In this document: piece after piece, positions 10,227 through 19,857 of the stretch
Numbering within the stretch: the stretch's first letter is position 1
Layout: each line of letters begins with the position of its first letter
From: Phormidesmis sp.
GTDB taxonomy: Bacteria; Cyanobacteriota; Cyanobacteriia; Leptolyngbyales; Leptolyngbyaceae
Direction: 5' to 3'
Length of the DNA stretch: 64,000 nucleotides
Assembly: GCA_965248535.1 (NCBI GenBank)
Contig: CBDFJR010000002.1
Location: forward strand, 1,056,001 to 1,120,000
Made by a program: the position numbers and the translations under genes
The notes under the pieces: generated by a model
The model's database searches: none
Told to the model about the DNA's origin: nothing
Seen by the model: the letters and a program-made list of their open reading frames with translations, nothing else

Positions 10227-11438
10227 TTACCCTGTCAAAACTTGCTCATAACATTGTCCAGCACTTTCCCACGTATAGTCGGTTTCTACGAGCGATCGGG
10301 CCTCACGAGAAAGGCTTTCTCGCAGCGCCGCCTCTTCAAACAGTCGAGCGATCGCCCTCACATAATCTTCTACTCGATTTGCCCGCAGTGCCCGCAATGG
10401 AGTGTTAACCCCATCAACGGTTAATCCCTCTAAGCCGCGATCGCTGGCTACGATCGGTGTTCCCGCAGCCATTGCTTCTAGCGTTTTATTTTTGATTCCA
10501 AATCCGGTTCGCATTGGAATCACGCAGACCGTTGCTTGATGCAAATAGTCTGCCATTGATAGAACGCGCCCTGTCACCGTGATATTAGGACGATCGCCCA
10601 ATTTCAACACCTCTGGAGTCGGACGTGCCCCCACTAACGCAAGAGTTGTATCGGGATATTTTTTCTGCAACTCAGGCAAAATCTCTAAACATAAAAACTG
10701 GACTGCATCAATGTTGGCTAAATTGTCCATCGCACCAATAAAAATCAGTTGATGTCCGCCTGGGTCTTGAGAGCGATAAGGAAATTCAGCAAAATCTACC
10801 CCGTTGGCAATGACTTGAAACTGAGCGTTGGGATTGAAGGCGTGTAATTGTGCCCGATCATCCTCTGTGGTCACCACAATATTTGAGAATTTATTGCAGT
10901 AACGTTGCTCATAGCGTTTTAAAAGCGGCAAGTTTAAGCGATCGCGCCATTCATTTTCAGAGGTTTGAGTTTGCAATTGATTTTTACACGTTGCATACAC
11001 TGAGCTATGCACATTTGCCACTGTACGAAGTTGTTTTTTCCATTCAGGACGTACATAGATTTCATTCACGCAGTGTTCACAGGTAATGACGTGATAGCGA
11101 CTAGATTGAATAGCCCGATCGACCCAATTCTGCATTTCTGATGAGTAGGAAGACAACACGCTAGGCGGCGTTCCGTTCTGCAAAAACTGGCCAAATCGCT
11201 GAACTTTTGAGATGAACCCCGATCGAGCCAAATGAGGACGATCAAACACCACCAATTCCGCGACCCATTCTCGCAGTACTGTGATTTCGTCTGCTGTGAC
11301 TTCCGGTGATTTCAGCGTTGCCACCGTGACTTGATGATGACGACTCAAATATTTCAGCAAGTTGAATGTCCGCACCTGAGTGCCCCCCTTGCTAGGCGGG
11401 TAGGGAAAGGTAGCTGAGAGCATCAAAATGTTCATCAC
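10227..11438 (-). CDS. glycosyltransferase family 4
   Basis: FPYPPSKGG, NGVD, GFGIKNKTLEAMAAGTPIV. Confidence 0.92.
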   Translation of the reverse strand: MMNILMLSATFPYPPSKGGTQVRTFNLLKYLSRHHQVTVATLKSPEVTADEITVLREWVAELVVFDRPHLARSGFISKVQRFGQFLQNGTPPSVLSSYSSEMQNWVDRAIQSSRYHVITCEHCVNEIYVRPEWKKQLRTVANVHSSVYATCKNQLQTQTSENEWRDRLNLPLLKRYEQRYCNKFSNIVVTTEDDRAQLHAFNPNAQFQVIANGVDFAEFPYRSQDPGGHQLIFIGAMDNLANIDAVQFLCLEILPELQKKYPDTTLALVGARPTPEVLKLGDRPNITVTGRVLSMADYLHQATVCVIPMRTGFGIKNKTLEAMAAGTPIVASDRGLEGLTVDGVNTPLRALRANRVEDYVRAIARLFEEAALRESLSREARSLVETDYTWESAGQCYEQVLTG

Positions 11439-11551
11439 AGAGCGGCTAAAAGGACTGAGTTAATGTACCCGATTTGTGAGTTTAGACAATGATTTGTGCA
11501 AACTTCGCCACTTTGGTCAATATTAGAAGCAGTTCACTAAGTCAGCTTTTT

Positions 11552-12502
11552 ATGTCGATCGTTAGCGTTTGCATTTCGACTTTTAATCGTAAAGAATTAT
11601 TAGCGATCGCCATTGACAGCGTTCTCCAACAAACTCATCAGGACTTTGAACTCATTATCTGTGATGATGGCTCAACAGATGGTACAGCCGATCTGATGGC
11701 TCAGTTTAGCGATCGCCGAATTCACTACCTTCGACATCCGCAAAATATTGGCAAAAGTAACAATATGATCTCCGGCTTTCAAGCCGCCACCGGACAATAT
11801 TTTGTTAAATTTGACGACGACGATCGCTTAACTCCCAGCTTTTTAGAAAAGACAAGTCAACTGTTAGATAAAAATCCTCAAGTTGATTTTGTCGGCACCG
11901 ATCATTGGGTCATCGATTCAAACACGATTCGTCATGAGATCTTGACGCAGATAAATTCTCAAAAATGGGGCAGATCGGACTTACCTCAAGGAATCGTTGA
12001 GAATTTGATAGAAATAACTTTTATCAAACAAAGCTTTCAAATTGGGGCAACGCTCTTTCGGAGAAAGGTTCTAGACGAAATTGGATATATGCAATCGAAC
12101 ATCCAAAACTGCGAAGATAACGATCTTCTCGTTCGACTCGCCTTAGCAGGAAAACAAGCTTATTATCTGCCCGAAAGACTGATGGAATATCGGTTTCACG
12201 CCGAACAGCAAGGACTCGATCGCGCTATTCCCTATCTAAAAGATAAACTGAGCTATTTAGAAAGTTTTCACTTTGAGTCAGAAGCTATAGAAAAAGTTCG
12301 CTGCGATCGACTTCTAGAAACCAAACTTCTGCTCGGACTTCGACTCATTCAAATCGGCGAAACTCACGAAGGTAGAAATCTAATTCATCAAGGAAAATCG
12401 GCTTCACCTAACAAAGCGCGAGTCGGTCTCGCATTATCTCGACTACCGATGAGTTTGCGACAAAATGCCTTCGCGCTTCTAAAGCAAATTAAAGCTTCTT
12501 AG
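11552..12502 (+). CDS. glycosyltransferase family 2
   Basis: VSVCISTFNR, DDGSTD, FDDDD, EDNDL; start ATG 11552 chosen. Confidence 0.92.
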   Translation: MSIVSVCISTFNRKELLAIAIDSVLQQTHQDFELIICDDGSTDGTADLMAQFSDRRIHYLRHPQNIGKSNNMISGFQAATGQYFVKFDDDDRLTPSFLEKTSQLLDKNPQVDFVGTDHWVIDSNTIRHEILTQINSQKWGRSDLPQGIVENLIEITFIKQSFQIGATLFRRKVLDEIGYMQSNIQNCEDNDLLVRLALAGKQAYYLPERLMEYRFHAEQQGLDRAIPYLKDKLSYLESFHFESEAIEKVRCDRLLETKLLLGLRLIQIGETHEGRNLIHQGKSASPNKARVGLALSRLPMSLRQNAFALLKQIKAS

Positions 12503-12583
12503 AGACGTTTTTTTAGAGTTGGTGACGAGGTGATGCCCTGCGTTAAGCTACGATCGCCCTATACCTAATACAGGAATTAATCT

Positions 12584-12687
12584 ATGAGCCTCGTTTAGAG
12601 CATGAGACACTCCCTCTCTTGAAAGACGAAACTGGAGCAATTCGAGTTAGAAATTCAAGGGCTTTACTAGAAATGTTGTCCTGTTGA
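12584..12687 (+). pseudogene. DUF433-family (antitoxin-like) N-terminal remnant
   Basis: ATG AGC CTC GTT TAG; restoring one T gives MSLVLEHETLPLLKDETGAIRVRNSRALLEM, like DUF433 N-termini; then stop. Confidence 0.6.
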
Positions 12688-12751
12688 GTCAGAAAAATAG
12701 AGAATGCTATTATTTAAGCCAAATTAGGAAAACTTAGAAGAATTATTTTCA

Positions 12752-13351
12752 ATGGAGATGAATATGGATTCTAATCAAAGAATAGATTACCTATATAAAG
12801 AGTATGCTCGGCTAAGTGAGAAGCTTGAGGAGCATATAAAAAGTAGTTTTGAGGACTTTAAGCTTTTAGGAGCAGCGAGTGCATCTATAGCCTTTTGGAA
12901 GCCTATTACCGATTTAATTGTATTGGCCAATCCCAAAATTAACTATAGCGGACTTCTATTTCTAGGTTTTCTAAGTCTGCTTCTAATCTTTGTGCTGATT
13001 GGGTTCGCAACCTTGATCAGAACAGCTTATATGTTTTCTATTTCTTCTAATCTTCTCAGCTTTGAGCAAGAAATCAGAAAAGAGCTTAACGAAGCAGAGA
13101 ATTCAGAAGTCTTTGGAGTGAACCTTGTGAGAGATACCGTAAAGTTCTCTACGGCTTATCGCCTAACCTATGGAACTACCTTAATAATTCTTGCTCTCGC
13201 AATGACCATTCTACCGTTCATAATCCTTTACCATGCTAGTATTCTCTACGCTGTGGTGTATTTGCTTTTAGCATCAATAGCTTCCATAAGCTATCTCCAA
13301 GTAGTCAGAAGACTGACCAGAATTTTCTTCAAAAAATTTAGGATCTTTTAG
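12752..13351 (+). CDS. AT-rich hypothetical membrane protein (about 4 TM)
   Basis: 199-aa ORF, visibly AT-rich, no GCGATCGC seen, two pairs of hydrophobic helices. Confidence 0.75.
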   Translation: MEMNMDSNQRIDYLYKEYARLSEKLEEHIKSSFEDFKLLGAASASIAFWKPITDLIVLANPKINYSGLLFLGFLSLLLIFVLIGFATLIRTAYMFSISSNLLSFEQEIRKELNEAENSEVFGVNLVRDTVKFSTAYRLTYGTTLIILALAMTILPFIILYHASILYAVVYLLLASIASISYLQVVRRLTRIFFKKFRIF

Positions 13352-13372
13352 TTACTCGCTATATTTACTCTG

Positions 13373-13805
13373 TTAAAGACATGATTCACTCTGTAGTTTT
13401 TGCAAATCCTTAGTCAAAGCTTGCCCCCATTGTGCAGCTAAATCAGGTTGAGTAAAGGGGATCTCGATCGAGTCCTTCTGATCACAAACAAACTGCAAGC
13501 CCGATCGCTTTACCTTTAGCTGGCGGCGATCGCAAATCTACTATTTGCCCATCGACTAACAGGTGAATTTCTCGCACATCTCGCAGCGAAAACGTTCGCA
13601 AGTTCTCTGGCTCTTTGCGGGTCGGCTTGCCCCAAGTCAGCGTGTCACCCGCTTGACCCAACACTGCATAGACATCATATTTCGCCCGATCGTAGGGTTC
13701 TGCCCAAACCCGATAGGCTTCTATTTTTTGATATTCATTGCGACCTGCCCAAGCTAGACCGATAAACGCCGCTAACAGAGGCAACCAGAGAAGTCCGTGA
13801 ATCAT
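13373..13805 (-). pseudogene. conserved cyanobacterial hypothetical protein with single-base frameshift
   Basis: ORF stops at 13482 (..AIGLAVCL*); shifting frame near 13500 continues LQFVCDQKDSIEIPFTQPDLAAQWGQALTKDLQKLQSESCL* to 13373. Confidence 0.7.
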
Positions 13806-13853
13806 AAAAAGTTTGCATTGAATAACCTACCTCTATCCTATCTAGGTCTCTCG

Positions 13854-13888
13854 CTCAAAACTCAAAACTTAAAGCTCAAAGCTCAAAA
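13854..13888 (+). repeat. heptamer short tandem repeat (STRR-like)
   Basis: CTCAAAA CTCAAAA CTTAAAG CTCAAAG CTCAAAA. Confidence 0.75.
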
Positions 13889-13934
13889 CTCTGAGCTATG
13901 TTGGTAAACAAGCAAGACCTGAAATAGAGATTTT

Positions 13935-15782
13935 ATGAGAAAGCTAGTGCTGGCGGGCTTATTTGTGGTGGGGCTGATTTGGGCGATCGCTAATTTTTCG
14001 GGCTTGGCAGCGCAGGGCACCTATGACAGCATCGTCTTAGACTTTAAAGAAGACATAGATTCTGCCCAGATTGAGCGACAGGTGCAAGCGATCGCTCAAA
14101 AATATAACGTCCGTCCCCGCTTAAACAGCGAATTCTCTCAAGCCGATCACCTCTACACGGTCAAAGGCGACAAAAATCTCTTAAACGCGCTCAAACAGTC
14201 TGACCTCAAGCAATATACCGAATATATTGAGCCAGACTATATCTACAGCATTCCAGAATCTCAAGAGTCTAAAGGCCTTGTCCCAGCAGGCAAAGAAGCG
14301 CCGATTCAGGCGACAGGTCAGGCACCCAACGACCCCATGTATAGCCAGCAGTGGAATCTGCACAGCATCAATGTCGAGTCGAGTTGGCAAGACACCAAGG
14401 GCAAAGGCGCAATCGTTGCAGTGATTGACACGGGCATCTCAGAAGTGCCTGACTTGAAGGAAACGAAATTTGCTAAAGGATACGATTTTGTTAACGATCG
14501 CGAAGATGCCAGAGACGATAATGGTCACGGCACTCACGTTGCAGGCACGATCGCCCAATCTACCAACAACGGCTTTGGGGTGGCCGGAATTGCTTACGAA
14601 GCGACATTGATGCCGCTCAAAGTGCTCAGTGCTAGTGGGGGCGGCACCGTTGCCGACATTGCCGAAGCGATTCGGTTTGCGGCAGATCACAATGCCGACG
14701 TGATCAATATGAGCTTGGGCGGCGGCGGCGAGAGCTTGGCCATGGCAGAAGCGATCGACTATGCCCATAAAAAAGGCGTTCTGATTATTGCCGCGGCAGG
14801 CAATTCTAGCCAAAATTCAGCCTCCTATCCGGCTCGTTATCCCCATGTTCTAGGGGTCGGAGCGCTTGATGCTTCCGGTCAAAAAGCGGCTTATTCTAAC
14901 TTTGGGGCAGGAATAGATATCTCGGCTCCGGGCGGTTTGACATCGGGCGACAACACGGCGGGCGGAATTTTGCAGAACACGATCGACCCCTCAACGGGAG
15001 AATCGATCTTTACCGCCCTTCAAGGCACCAGCATGGCGGCTCCTCATGTGGCGGGGGTTGCGGCTCTTGTCAAGGCATCGGGCATCAAAGACCCTGATGA
15101 AGTCGCGGCAGCGTTAACGCAGTCTGCTCGCAAGGTGCAAGACGACGAACTTAACCACTACGGCGAAGGCAAACTGGATGCGGCGGCCGCCGTCAAGCTG
15201 GCACTCAAGGGCAAAATCACCTTCAACGATTTCTTTCGATGGCTGCGTGATAACGGCTATCTCAATCCGCGCTTTTGGATAGATGGCGGTGTGGTGGCGC
15301 TGGCACCCAAACTGGCGATGGTGCTAGGTTCCTATTTGCTGGCGTTCTTCTTGCGAAACTATTTCCCCTTTGCCTGGAGTTGGTCAATGGCTTCGGGTCT
15401 GGTGGCCGGAAGTTCGGGGCTTTTCTTTCTCAAGGGCATTTATATTTTTGACTTGCCGCAGGCTCCTCTGCGGGTGCTGGGTAGCTCGATTCCTGAGTTG
15501 GGTAGCTCGATTCAAGGCAGTGGCGCACTCAATCCAATATTCGCGAGTGTGCTGATTCCGGCTGCGCTGATCGTGCTGCTGTTGGGTCACGCTCAGTGGA
15601 AATGGTTTGCGATCGGGTCTACGATCGGAGTCGCGGCCTGTCTGGCGGTGAGTGCGGCGATCGATCCACAGGTGATGTGGTTGGGTGAGGGTGCCCTCGC
15701 TCGTGGCTTTCTGATGGTGAATGCGCTGTTGTGCTATGGCTTAGTTTGGCTTGCTGTTAAACCAGGAGACAAAATTGCATGA
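13935..15782 (+). CDS. S8 subtilisin-like serine peptidase with C-terminal membrane domain
   Basis: VAVIDTG, HGTHVAGTIA, GTSMAAPHVAG triad; hydrophobic C-terminus. Confidence 0.95.
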   Translation: MRKLVLAGLFVVGLIWAIANFSGLAAQGTYDSIVLDFKEDIDSAQIERQVQAIAQKYNVRPRLNSEFSQADHLYTVKGDKNLLNALKQSDLKQYTEYIEPDYIYSIPESQESKGLVPAGKEAPIQATGQAPNDPMYSQQWNLHSINVESSWQDTKGKGAIVAVIDTGISEVPDLKETKFAKGYDFVNDREDARDDNGHGTHVAGTIAQSTNNGFGVAGIAYEATLMPLKVLSASGGGTVADIAEAIRFAADHNADVINMSLGGGGESLAMAEAIDYAHKKGVLIIAAAGNSSQNSASYPARYPHVLGVGALDASGQKAAYSNFGAGIDISAPGGLTSGDNTAGGILQNTIDPSTGESIFTALQGTSMAAPHVAGVAALVKASGIKDPDEVAAALTQSARKVQDDELNHYGEGKLDAAAAVKLALKGKITFNDFFRWLRDNGYLNPRFWIDGGVVALAPKLAMVLGSYLLAFFLRNYFPFAWSWSMASGLVAGSSGLFFLKGIYIFDLPQAPLRVLGSSIPELGSSIQGSGALNPIFASVLIPAALIVLLLGHAQWKWFAIGSTIGVAACLAVSAAIDPQVMWLGEGALARGFLMVNALLCYGLVWLAVKPGDKIA

Positions 15783-16003
15783 GTAAAACTGTAAACGGAG
15801 TCATCGATCGCAAAGGCTTTGGCACCGGAACGTGGGCGATCGAGTCAGAACAAGGCGAAACCTATGAACTTCACAACCCGCCCAGTGAGATTCAAAAAAA
15901 AGGTCTCAAGGTCAAAATCGAAGGCAAAATTCGCGATGACATCATGACTTTGGCAATGATCGGCCCAGTTTTAGAAGTCAAAAAATTCGAGATTCTCAAA
16001 TAG
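15779..16003 (+). CDS. small conserved hypothetical protein (74 aa)
   Basis: ATGA overlap with the peptidase; G.GTWA...GETYEL...MIGPVLEV. Confidence 0.8.
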   Translation: MSKTVNGVIDRKGFGTGTWAIESEQGETYELHNPPSEIQKKGLKVKIEGKIRDDIMTLAMIGPVLEVKKFEILK

Positions 16004-16492
16004 ATGAAGGGTCATTATCAAGACTTTCTGATTCGCGATTGGGAAGAACGCGATCGTGCCCTAGCTGCTGAGATCATTGGTTCGGTGCTGGCAGACTATG
16101 GGCTAAGTTGGGAGCCTTTGGGAGCCGATCGGGATGTCTTAGAAGTCGAGCAGTTTTATCAAGCGACGGGTGGCGAATTTTGGGTGATTGAGCGATCGGG
16201 GCAGCTTGTCGGCACAGGAGCCTACTATCCAATATCGCGAGGCGAAAATGCGGTCGAGATTCGCAAAATGTATTTTGTGCCAGCGATTAGAGGACTAGGA
16301 CTAGGACGATTTTTGCTTAAGGAATTGGAGAGAGCGATCGGCGATCGGGGCTTCACTCAAATCTGGATCGAGACCGCCAGCGTTCTCAAAGAAGCCGTCA
16401 AACTTTATGAAACAAGCGGTTATCGATCGACAACGGGTGTCGAGACAGAGCGATGCGATCGCATTTACGTTAAACAGTTATCAAAACGATAA
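16004..16492 (+). CDS. GNAT family N-acetyltransferase
   Basis: VEIRKMY, RGLGLGR, AVKLYE. Confidence 0.92.
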   Translation: MKGHYQDFLIRDWEERDRALAAEIIGSVLADYGLSWEPLGADRDVLEVEQFYQATGGEFWVIERSGQLVGTGAYYPISRGENAVEIRKMYFVPAIRGLGLGRFLLKELERAIGDRGFTQIWIETASVLKEAVKLYETSGYRSTTGVETERCDRIYVKQLSKR

Positions 16493-16657
16493 ATCTCGAT
16501 TTAAATCTAGATAATAGGCCCCTGGAATGTGCCCAGCCTCATAGTGCTGCCGTCCTAAGGTTGGCTCTAGGAGCGAAAAACGACACTCTACGATCGCCAC
16601 CTGCAAATCGTCTAAATGGCGCTGCAACCACTCTGCCGAAACGATCGGGTCAAGCAT
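16481..16657 (-). pseudogene. truncated sulfurtransferase (rhodanese/SseA) N-terminus
   Basis: reverse strand reads MLDPIVSAEWLQRHLDDLQVAIVECRFSLLEPTLGRQHYEAGHIPGAYYLDLNRDLSF* (58 aa, below ORF-track cutoff). Confidence 0.85.
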
Positions 16658-16757
16658 TGACTGCCCTCACAATGACGCTAATCAGCATTCTAAATCTATG
16701 TCGCCTGAGACTGGTTTGACTCACTCAAGGGGGAGCGCGGATAGTTGCCCGATCGCC

Positions 16758-18059
16758 TCATAACAACCGCAGTTGCGTTTCTGCTGGCTCAACCAGTGGG
16801 GCCTCGTCTAAATCGATCGTCAGTCCTACCGACCCTATCCAAACTGTTTCGTCGGTTAACAATCGTTGAGCCGCTTCGAGAATCGGTTCTTGCAAGTCGC
16901 GTAAATCTTCTCGATTTTGCAGATAAGCTTGCAGCGCTTGCAGAGGCTCGATCGTGGTGCCAAGTCCCAACTCTGGTAGACGCGGACGAGAGAGTTGACT
17001 GATTAGCTCAGGGTGAATCGTGTAGTTATGAGCGCTGCTCAAAGCCTGGTGAACTAGAGAATCATCTAGGCGATCGACCTGTTCGGGGCGCAGTTGATAA
17101 ATGAGTCGCACGACAGCATCTTCGACCACCTCAGAGGCGATCGCAGCCAACAATGCCGCCTGGGGTTCGTCTTCTTCAGATAGGTCAAGCTCGATCGTGC
17201 GAAACGCTCGCACCGGAAGCGGGCAAAACTCCATCTGCACCTTGCCTCGCGCTAGCTCGACCAGCACAAACCCTTTTTCTTCTTTTTCTTCGCTAAAATC
17301 GACTCGTTCAATGCTGCCGGGGTAGACCACAAGCGGCTGTTGACAGAGGATCTGATGGCGATGAACATGACCCAGCGCCACATAGTCAAAACAATCTCGC
17401 GTGATCAGAGACAGCGGAATTGTAAACCCTTTGCCCACCGATAGAAACCGTTCTGCGCCATAGGTAGCGGCATCTGCCATCAAGTGAGCCAACAAAATAG
17501 TCGGAATCGAGGGGTCGAGTTTGCGAATCTCACCTTCGAGGGCCACGCGGAGCCGATCAAGCAACAAATGCCCCACCTCAGACATCGACAGCCCTTCGGT
17601 TTCGGGTCGGGTCAGCAGTGTCGATCGCGTCAGCCACGGCAGCGTAATCACCTGCACAGCCCCCTGGGAAGTTTGGATCGTGTGAGCATCGAGGCGATCG
17701 CCCACAATCACATTCGGCACGCCCAAGGTGCGATAAATGCAGAGACTTGCGCCGCCTGCGCCTTGAGAATGCTGATCGTGGTTTCCGACCAGCATCACGG
17801 TGGGAATATTGGCCTCAACCAGACGATGAAACTGACGCGCAAAAGCTTGCTGAATATAAGGTGGCGGCGTTGCATCTGGGAAGGCATCGCCGCCAAATAA
17901 GACCAGATCGACGGGTTCAGAGAGGGCGCGATCGATGCAGCGTCCTAAGGTGGCAACAAAATCTTCTAATCGTGTATTCAGCCCAGTGTCGGGGTTAATT
18001 CGTCCGTGAGAAAACCCGCTTCCTAGGTGAATGTCGGCGAGATGAAGGATTTTAATCAT
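16758..18059 (-). CDS. sbcD: exonuclease SbcCD subunit D
   Basis: LHLADIHLG, GDAF, GNHD, YVALGHVH, YPGSIERVDFSE. Confidence 0.95.
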   Translation of the reverse strand: MIKILHLADIHLGSGFSHGRINPDTGLNTRLEDFVATLGRCIDRALSEPVDLVLFGGDAFPDATPPPYIQQAFARQFHRLVEANIPTVMLVGNHDQHSQGAGGASLCIYRTLGVPNVIVGDRLDAHTIQTSQGAVQVITLPWLTRSTLLTRPETEGLSMSEVGHLLLDRLRVALEGEIRKLDPSIPTILLAHLMADAATYGAERFLSVGKGFTIPLSLITRDCFDYVALGHVHRHQILCQQPLVVYPGSIERVDFSEEKEEKGFVLVELARGKVQMEFCPLPVRAFRTIELDLSEEDEPQAALLAAIASEVVEDAVVRLIYQLRPEQVDRLDDSLVHQALSSAHNYTIHPELISQLSRPRLPELGLGTTIEPLQALQAYLQNREDLRDLQEPILEAAQRLLTDETVWIGSVGLTIDLDEAPLVEPAETQLRLL

Positions 18060-18069
18060 AAAATTGCGC

Positions 18070-18885
18070 CTAGCCGATCGTGCTGCTGCGAACTATTGTA
18101 CTAAATATCCGATCGGGCAGTAGTTTTCTCAACAGCAACAGTGCTCCAGCGTTGCCTCCGGCGGGATAGCGAAGTCGCTGAGACGCATCGGTTGCTGCTC
18201 GATAAATGACGGCTGCTGTAACCTCTGGCGGTGAGCCGTTGTCGCCTGCCTGCTTGAGTTTGGGCAACACTTTGGCAACAAAGGCATCATAGGCTGTCAA
18301 ATCAGATCGGGTGGCGAGATCTGGCGATCGCCCATAAAAATCGGTCTTAATTGGCCCTGGCTCAATAATTTTGACCCGAATGTTCAATGGTTCTAATTCA
18401 TATCGCAGCGAGTCTGAAAAGCCCTCGACTGCCCACTTTGTAGAGTGATAAAGACTGTAGAGAGGAAACGCCATTTTGCCCCCCACGGAGGCGATGTTGA
18501 TAATGGTGCCCGATCGCTGATGTCGAAACTGAGGCAATAGCGATCGGGTGACTGCCATCAACCCAAAAACATTGGTGGCAAACTGTCGCTCAATCTGCTC
18601 AGGGGTGCAGGCTTCAAACGCCCCCAGCAAGGCATATCCAGCGTTGTTAACCAGCACATCGATCGTCGAAAACTTGGCGAGCGCTGCGGTCACAGCTTGA
18701 GCGATCGAGTCAGGGTCAGTGACATCTAATGACAGGCACAGCGTGTTAGCGAGTGCCATCAAATCGGAGTTTTTTTCGAGCGATCGCATCGTCGCCACCA
18801 CGTTCCAGCCCTGCTGATGAAATAGGGTTGCAGTCGCCAGCCCGATGCCCGTCGAAGCACCCGTAATCAAGACAGTTTTTGCCAT
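18070..18885 (-). CDS. SDR family oxidoreductase
   Basis: TGASTGIG, NNAG, YHSTK. Confidence 0.95.
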   Translation of the reverse strand: MAKTVLITGASTGIGLATATLFHQQGWNVVATMRSLEKNSDLMALANTLCLSLDVTDPDSIAQAVTAALAKFSTIDVLVNNAGYALLGAFEACTPEQIERQFATNVFGLMAVTRSLLPQFRHQRSGTIINIASVGGKMAFPLYSLYHSTKWAVEGFSDSLRYELEPLNIRVKIIEPGPIKTDFYGRSPDLATRSDLTAYDAFVAKVLPKLKQAGDNGSPPEVTAAVIYRAATDASQRLRYPAGGNAGALLLLRKLLPDRIFSTIVRSSTIG

Positions 18886-18971
18886 TATTAGTTGTTAGAA
18901 AAAAGCTCAAACTTTGTGCTCTAGGCTTCCCACTGAGCGCGAGACTTATCGCCTCCCAACCCCACCTTAAG

Positions 18972-19769
18972 CTAAGACTTGCCCGCCATGCGATTAGTTC
19001 TAAAGGTCACGTTAGAGCCTTCTTGGGTTTGCTCTAGCACGAGCAACGGCGTTGGTTTTGCCTTTTGATCCCAGTGCATGTTAGCGATTCGTCCTTGAAT
19101 CGCGGGCTGCCAGGAGTCGTTTTCGTGAGTTGGGCTGAGAAACGTCTCAAAGCAATCAATAATCTGATTAATCGTGACAGAAGTCGGCTGAGTCGGCAGT
19201 TTAAGAATCTTGATTTGAACTCGGAATAACACGCGCTTTGAGCCTTTGTTCACTCCTTCTCCCGCGTCGTATTCTAAATCGAAGATCTCATCGACCTGCC
19301 GCCCCGTGCTGGCAATGCCCACTTCAGCTTGGTTGTTTGGGTTAGCGCGCAGTGCGAGCGTGATTTTGTCTTTAACTTTGAGTTTGATCTGGTTGACGAT
19401 CGCAAAGTGAAACACCTCTTCTGCCATTCGCATTCTCAGATAGTCGAGGTTAAACTCACGCGAGTGGATCAGATCGGGGTTGCGCTCCATTTTGCCGATC
19501 ATTTCAACGGCATATTTAAGCTTCTTTTGCAGTTCGCGATTTTTAAATGTCTCAAATCGCACTTGTTTTTTGAGTTTGCTGGCTTGCAGGGTTGAAAAGA
19601 TGCCCAAGAAAACGAGCAAAAAGAACAAGCCGCCTGAGCTTGCCATCCAAATCTGTTGCCCGGTGTCAGAGGTGGGAGGGGCGCTAACGGGAGCCTCTGG
19701 TTTGGTTTTGACGGTTTTGGGCGAGGCTTGAGCAAGCCAGGGTGCAACAAAAACAATTTGGAGTGACAT
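18972..19769 (-). CDS. conserved hypothetical protein (single TM + coiled coil)
   Basis: 265-aa ORF, one hydrophobic helix, NPDLIHSREFNLDYLRMRM motif. Confidence 0.8.
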   Translation of the reverse strand: MSLQIVFVAPWLAQASPKTVKTKPEAPVSAPPTSDTGQQIWMASSGGLFFLLVFLGIFSTLQASKLKKQVRFETFKNRELQKKLKYAVEMIGKMERNPDLIHSREFNLDYLRMRMAEEVFHFAIVNQIKLKVKDKITLALRANPNNQAEVGIASTGRQVDEIFDLEYDAGEGVNKGSKRVLFRVQIKILKLPTQPTSVTINQIIDCFETFLSPTHENDSWQPAIQGRIANMHWDQKAKPTPLLVLEQTQEGSNVTFRTNRMAGKS

Positions 19770-19857
19770 AGTTAGGAGTGCTGGCTAGAACTTGACTCGT
19801 TCTTCATAATGCCCTTGATTGACCTCCTCAGCACCAATCTCTTTACTTGCTTTATTC

